Source of the DNA: Alphaproteobacteria bacterium
Lineage (GTDB): Bacteria > Pseudomonadota > Alphaproteobacteria > JAAXGF01
Assembly (NCBI GenBank): GCA_963555825.3
Contig: CAUVXB020000002.1
Span: 1,024,001 to 1,088,000, forward strand
Direction of reading: 5' to 3'
DNA length: 64,000 nt
The notes under the pieces were generated by a model. The model was not told the origin of the DNA, did no database searches, and was given only the letters and a program-made list of their open reading frames with translations. Every line of letters starts with the position of its first letter. Positions within the stretch are counted from its first letter, which is position 1. This document shows positions 60,277 to 64,000 of this stretch, in pieces. A program made the translations under genes and the position numbers.

Positions 60277-61250
60277 CGGCCCTCGAACAGCGGCGCCAGC
60301 AGGCGGTCGAGCCTCGCCGGCTCGGCCCATTCGAGGCGCACGCGCAGGACCTCGATCATCGGCCGCGCCTCCTCGGGCAGGCGGACATGGTCCTTCTCGG
60401 TCGTCACCAGCGCCGCTCCTTCGTCGGCCGCCAATTCGACCAGTTCCATGATTTCGTCGGCGTCGTAGCGGTGATGGTCGGCGAAGACGCGGGTCGCGAG
60501 CGGGCGGCAGCCGAGCGCTTCGAGGGTCGCGAAGAACTTCTCGGGCCGGGCGATGCCGGCGAAGGCGACGACCGGGCGGTCGGCCAGGGTCATCGCCTCG
60601 AGCGTCGGCGCGAGCGTGGCGCGCAGCAGCGCGCGGCCGGTCGCCTCGATCCGCGCCGCGACGCCGGCCCCGTCGGCGCCCAGCAGCACCACGGCGTCGG
60701 CCCTGGCGAGGCCGCGGCGGACGTCCTCGCGCAGCGGACCGGCGGGCATCGGCCGGCCGTTGCCGAAGCCGTAGACGCCGTCGACGACGACCAGCGACAG
60801 GTCCTTGGCGATATGGCCGTTCTGGTAGCCGTCGTCCATGACCACGACCTCGGCGCCGGCGGCCGCCGCGGCGCGCGCCCCGGCGGCGCGGTCGCGCGCC
60901 ACCCAGGTCGGCCGCCCGGCCGCGAGCAGCAGTGGCTCGTCGCCGACCTCGCGCGCGTCATGGCGCGCCGGCTCGACCCGGACCGGGCCGCGCGCGCGGC
61001 CGCCATAGCCGCGGCTCAGGAAATGCACGTTGTGGCCAAGTGCGGCGAGCCGCGCGCCGAGCGCCAGCGCAACCGGCGTCTTGCCGGCGCCGCCGACGAC
61101 CAGATTGCCGACGCAGACCACCGGCACCGGCGCGCGCTGGGCGCTGGCCAAGGCGCGGCTGGCGCGGCCGGCGGCGTCGTAGCTCCAGGCGAGCGGCGCC
61201 AGGAGCGCTGGCAAGAGGCCGCCGCGGCGCCAGAACTCAGGCGCCTTCAC
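60273..61250 (-). CDS. lpxK: Tetraacyldisaccharide 4'-kinase
   Basis: VGNLVVGGAGKTP, SRGYG, MDDGYQ, TTEKD. Confidence 0.96.
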   Translation of the reverse strand: MKAPEFWRRGGLLPALLAPLAWSYDAAGRASRALASAQRAPVPVVCVGNLVVGGAGKTPVALALGARLAALGHNVHFLSRGYGGRARGPVRVEPARHDAREVGDEPLLLAAGRPTWVARDRAAGARAAAAAGAEVVVMDDGYQNGHIAKDLSLVVVDGVYGFGNGRPMPAGPLREDVRRGLARADAVVLLGADGAGVAARIEATGRALLRATLAPTLEAMTLADRPVVAFAGIARPEKFFATLEALGCRPLATRVFADHHRYDADEIMELVELAADEGAALVTTEKDHVRLPEEARPMIEVLRVRLEWAEPARLDRLLAPLFEGR

Positions 61251-62529
61251 GGCGCGCGCCCTCCGGCATGGCGTCGAGATAGGGCGCGATGGCGTCCTCT
61301 ATGGCATCGAGGACGCCGGACTCGGTTTCGGCGACCACGCGGGCCGCCTCGGCGCGGCGGTGGCGCAGATCGGTGTCGTCCAGGAGGCGCGCAACGGCGC
61401 GCGCCAGTGCGCCGCCGTCGGCGACCGGCTCGACCGCGTCGGCCGCGGCGAAACCCTCGGCCACGGCCGAGAAGTTGAACATATGCGGGCCCCACAGCAG
61501 CGCGCAGCCGAGTCGCGCGGGTTCGAGCGGGTTGTGGCCGCCGTGCGGCACCAACGAGCCGCCGACGAAAACGATCTCGGCGAGCCGGTAGAACAGGCCG
61601 AGCTCGCCCAGCGTGTCGGCGAGGTAGACGTGGGTATCGGCGGCGATGGCGTCTTCGCGCGCGCGCCGCGCGATATTGAGGTCGGCGGCGTCGAGCTCGC
61701 CGGCGAGCGCCGCGCCGCGCTGCGGATGGCGCGGCACGATCACGGTGAGCAGGCCCGGATGCGTCCGCGTCAGCGCGCGGTGCGCCTCGGCGACGATGCG
61801 CTCCTCGCCCGAGTGCGTGCTCGCCGCGAGCCACAGCGGCCGATCGCCGACCGCGGCGCGCAGGCGATCTAACGCGGCGGCGTCGGCGGGCAACGGATCG
61901 GCCGCGAATTTCAGGTTGCCGACGGCGCGCACATCGGTGGCGCCCAGCGCGGCCAGCCTGGCGGCCTGCTCGTCGTTCTGTGCCAGGCACAGCGCGAAAC
62001 CGCCGAGCAGCGGCGCGACCAGGCCGCGCAAGCGGCGCCAGCGCTTGAACGACGCCGAGGACATGCGCGCATTGACCATCAGGCAGGGCACGCCGCGCGC
62101 CTGGGTCTCGGCGACCAGGTTGGGCCACAGCTCTGATTCGGCCCACAACGCGAGGTCGGGCTTCCAATGGTCGAGGAAGCGGCGCACCGCGTCGGGCCGG
62201 TCGACCGGCACGTACTGGTGCAGCGCGCCGGCCGGCAGGCGGTCGGCGATCAGCTGGGCCGAGGTCACCGTGCCGGTGGTCATCAACACTCGGGCGTCGC
62301 CGCGGCGCGCCAGCAGGCGTTCGATCAGCGGCAGCATCGAAACCGCCTCGCCGACGCTGGCCGCGTGTATCCAGGCGAGTGGCCCCGCCGGCCGTGGCGC
62401 GCCGGCGTGGCCGAAGCGCTCGTCGAAGCGCGCGGCGTCTTCCTTGCCGGCCGCGCGGCGGCGGCGCAGATAGAGGCCGATTAGCGGCGCGGCGACCGTC
62501 GTCAGGCCGCGGTAAATCTGCGGCGTCAT
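61237..62529 (-). CDS. waaA: Kdo transferase
   Basis: WIHAASVGE, ESELWPN, AASTH, GGHNPLEP. Confidence 0.96.
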   Translation of the reverse strand: MTPQIYRGLTTVAAPLIGLYLRRRRAAGKEDAARFDERFGHAGAPRPAGPLAWIHAASVGEAVSMLPLIERLLARRGDARVLMTTGTVTSAQLIADRLPAGALHQYVPVDRPDAVRRFLDHWKPDLALWAESELWPNLVAETQARGVPCLMVNARMSSASFKRWRRLRGLVAPLLGGFALCLAQNDEQAARLAALGATDVRAVGNLKFAADPLPADAAALDRLRAAVGDRPLWLAASTHSGEERIVAEAHRALTRTHPGLLTVIVPRHPQRGAALAGELDAADLNIARRAREDAIAADTHVYLADTLGELGLFYRLAEIVFVGGSLVPHGGHNPLEPARLGCALLWGPHMFNFSAVAEGFAAADAVEPVADGGALARAVARLLDDTDLRHRRAEAARVVAETESGVLDAIEDAIAPYLDAMPEGARREGA

Positions 62530-63263
62530 CGCACCTCCGAGGGGCTCGCGCCGGCGTCCGGCAGCTCGGCCGGCGCCGGCTCGATGGCGGCGCAGCCGAC
62601 CAGCCGGTCGGCCTCGGCGGTGACCGCGTTTAGACCGTCCTCGAGTCGGCGGCGGGCGGCCTCGCGGGCGGCCGCATCGGCGTGTTTGGGCAGCGTGATC
62701 GGCGCGCCCCAGACGAACACGCCGCGGCTGAACGGCCAGGCCAGGACGAAGCGGTCCCAACTGCCCAGCACCCGGCGCCGCGACGTCGCGAAGGCCGCCG
62801 GCAGGATCGGCACGCCCGAAAGCCGCGCGATGTCGACCGCGCCGCCGGCGGCGCGCATGCGCGGGCCGCGCGGCCCGTCGGGCGTGACGCCGATGCATTG
62901 GCCGGCCTTGAGCGCCCGCAGGATGGCGCGCAGCGCCGCCGAGCCGCCGTGGCTCGTCGAGCCGGCGATGCTGGCGATACCGAAACGGCGAACCGTGCGG
63001 GCGATCAGCTGGCCGTCGCGGTGCTGCGAGATCAGCATGTTGATCGGCGTCGTCCACGGCCAACAGTAGGGCATCATTAGGATGCGGCCGTGCCAGAACG
63101 CCAGGATGAAGGGCGTGCCGTCGCGCCACAGCGCCTCGGGCGCCTCGGCGCCGACGACGCGCCAGCGGCCGGTCGCGTGGACCAGGCGGATGTAGAGCGC
63201 GACCAGGGCGCAGGCGACGCCCTGAAGGGCGCCCGAGCGCAGAATGCGTTTGGCGAGCTTCAC
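62526..63263 (-). CDS. DUF374 lysophospholipid acyltransferase family protein
   Basis: FWHGR, SQHRDG, TPDGPRGP, SWDRF. Confidence 0.85.
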   Translation of the reverse strand: MKLAKRILRSGALQGVACALVALYIRLVHATGRWRVVGAEAPEALWRDGTPFILAFWHGRILMMPYCWPWTTPINMLISQHRDGQLIARTVRRFGIASIAGSTSHGGSAALRAILRALKAGQCIGVTPDGPRGPRMRAAGGAVDIARLSGVPILPAAFATSRRRVLGSWDRFVLAWPFSRGVFVWGAPITLPKHADAAAREAARRRLEDGLNAVTAEADRLVGCAAIEPAPAELPDAGASPSEVR

Positions 63264-63266
63264 CGA

Positions 63267-64000
63267 TCAGGCCCGGGCGCGGGCCATCCCGTCGTCGGCG
63301 CCGGCGGCGTCGGCGCGCTGTATGGCGTAGAGCCGGGCATAGAGCCCGTTTCGGGCGAGCAATTCGCCATGGCTGCCCTGTTCGACGACGCGGCCGTCCT
63401 CGACGACGTAGATGACGTCGGCGTCGGTCACGGTCGAAAGGCGATGCGCGATGACCAGCGTGGTGCGGCCCGTCTTGAGGCGATCGAGCGCCGCCTGGAC
63501 AAGCCGTTCCGATTCGGAATCGAGCGACGAGGTCGCCTCGTCGAGCAGCAGGATCGGCGCGTTCTTGAGCATCGCGCGCGCGATCGCGATGCGCTGGCGC
63601 TGACCGCCCGAGAGCTTGACGCCGTGCTCGCCGACGACGGTCTCGTAGCCGTCGGGCAGCGCCTCGATGAAACCGGCGGCGGCGGCGGCCGCCGCCGCCG
63701 CGCGGATGTCGGCATCGGAAGCCCCGGCGCGGCCGTAGGCAATGTTGGCGCGCACCGTGTCGTTGAACAGACTGACCTCCTGGCTGACCAGGCCAATGGC
63801 GCCGCGCAGGCTGGCGATGGTGACGTCGCGCAGGTCCTGGCCGTCGATCCGCACGCCGCCGCCGTCGACGTCGTAGAAGCGCGGGATCAGGTTGAGGATG
63901 GTCGATTTTCCGGCGCCCGACGGGCCGACCAGCGCCGCGGTGCGGCCGGCCGGCACCTCGAGCGTCACGCCGTTGAGCGCCGGCGCCGCGCCGCCGTAGG
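63267..64000 (-). CDS. msbA: Lipid A exporter MsbA-like ABC transporter, C-terminal part (partial)
   Basis: [27 protein letters not shown]; position upstream of DUF374-waaA-lpxK. Confidence 0.8.
   Translation of the reverse strand, partial: YGGAAPALNGVTLEVPAGRTAALVGPSGAGKSTILNLIPRFYDVDGGGVRIDGQDLRDVTIASLRGAIGLVSQEVSLFNDTVRANIAYGRAGASDADIRAAAAAAAAAGFIEALPDGYETVVGEHGVKLSGGQRQRIAIARAMLKNAPILLLDEATSSLDSESERLVQAALDRLKTGRTTLVIAHRLSTVTDADVIYVVEDGRVVEQGSHGELLARNGLYARLYAIQRADAAGADDGMARARA

Noticed and set aside
57656-60468. ORFs encoding HRDTETQR / LCLCVSVS repeats
   Set aside because: They are translations of the octamer arrays or shadows of lpxL, with no independent coding signal.

Overview
High-GC alphaproteobacterial chromosomal segment (Rhodospirillales-like; taxon inferred from gene content and synteny). 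The core backbone has a complete ccmABCDEFGHI operon, an acyl-CoA ligase/LIV-type ABC cluster, M16 peptidases-lspA-ileS-ribF-maoC, tadA, purD/xseA and msbA-DUF374-waaA-lpxK-lpxL. A dense mobile and repeat layer is superimposed. (1) Three 273-bp cruciform elements sit between a stop codon and the next start codon inside operons; each keeps an 84-codon ORF through different compensating indels. (2) A 6.5-kb cassette with 20-bp inverted ends and an 8-bp target duplication carries a cyclase-AAA-TPR gene. Nested in it is an IS1111-type element whose bridge-RNA guides can be read against its own target and donor, and that element is split by an IS630. (3) A MITE shares its ends with that IS630. (4) Two cargo islets lie between three partial copies of an ornithine-cyclodeaminase 3' end. 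(5) Inward-facing octamer tandem arrays are interrupted by IS256. (6) Two smaller repeat families, IS21 and IS630 copies, and two nonsense pseudogenes are also present. No rRNA, tRNA or CRISPR array was seen. All calls come from reading the sequence; no database searches were run.
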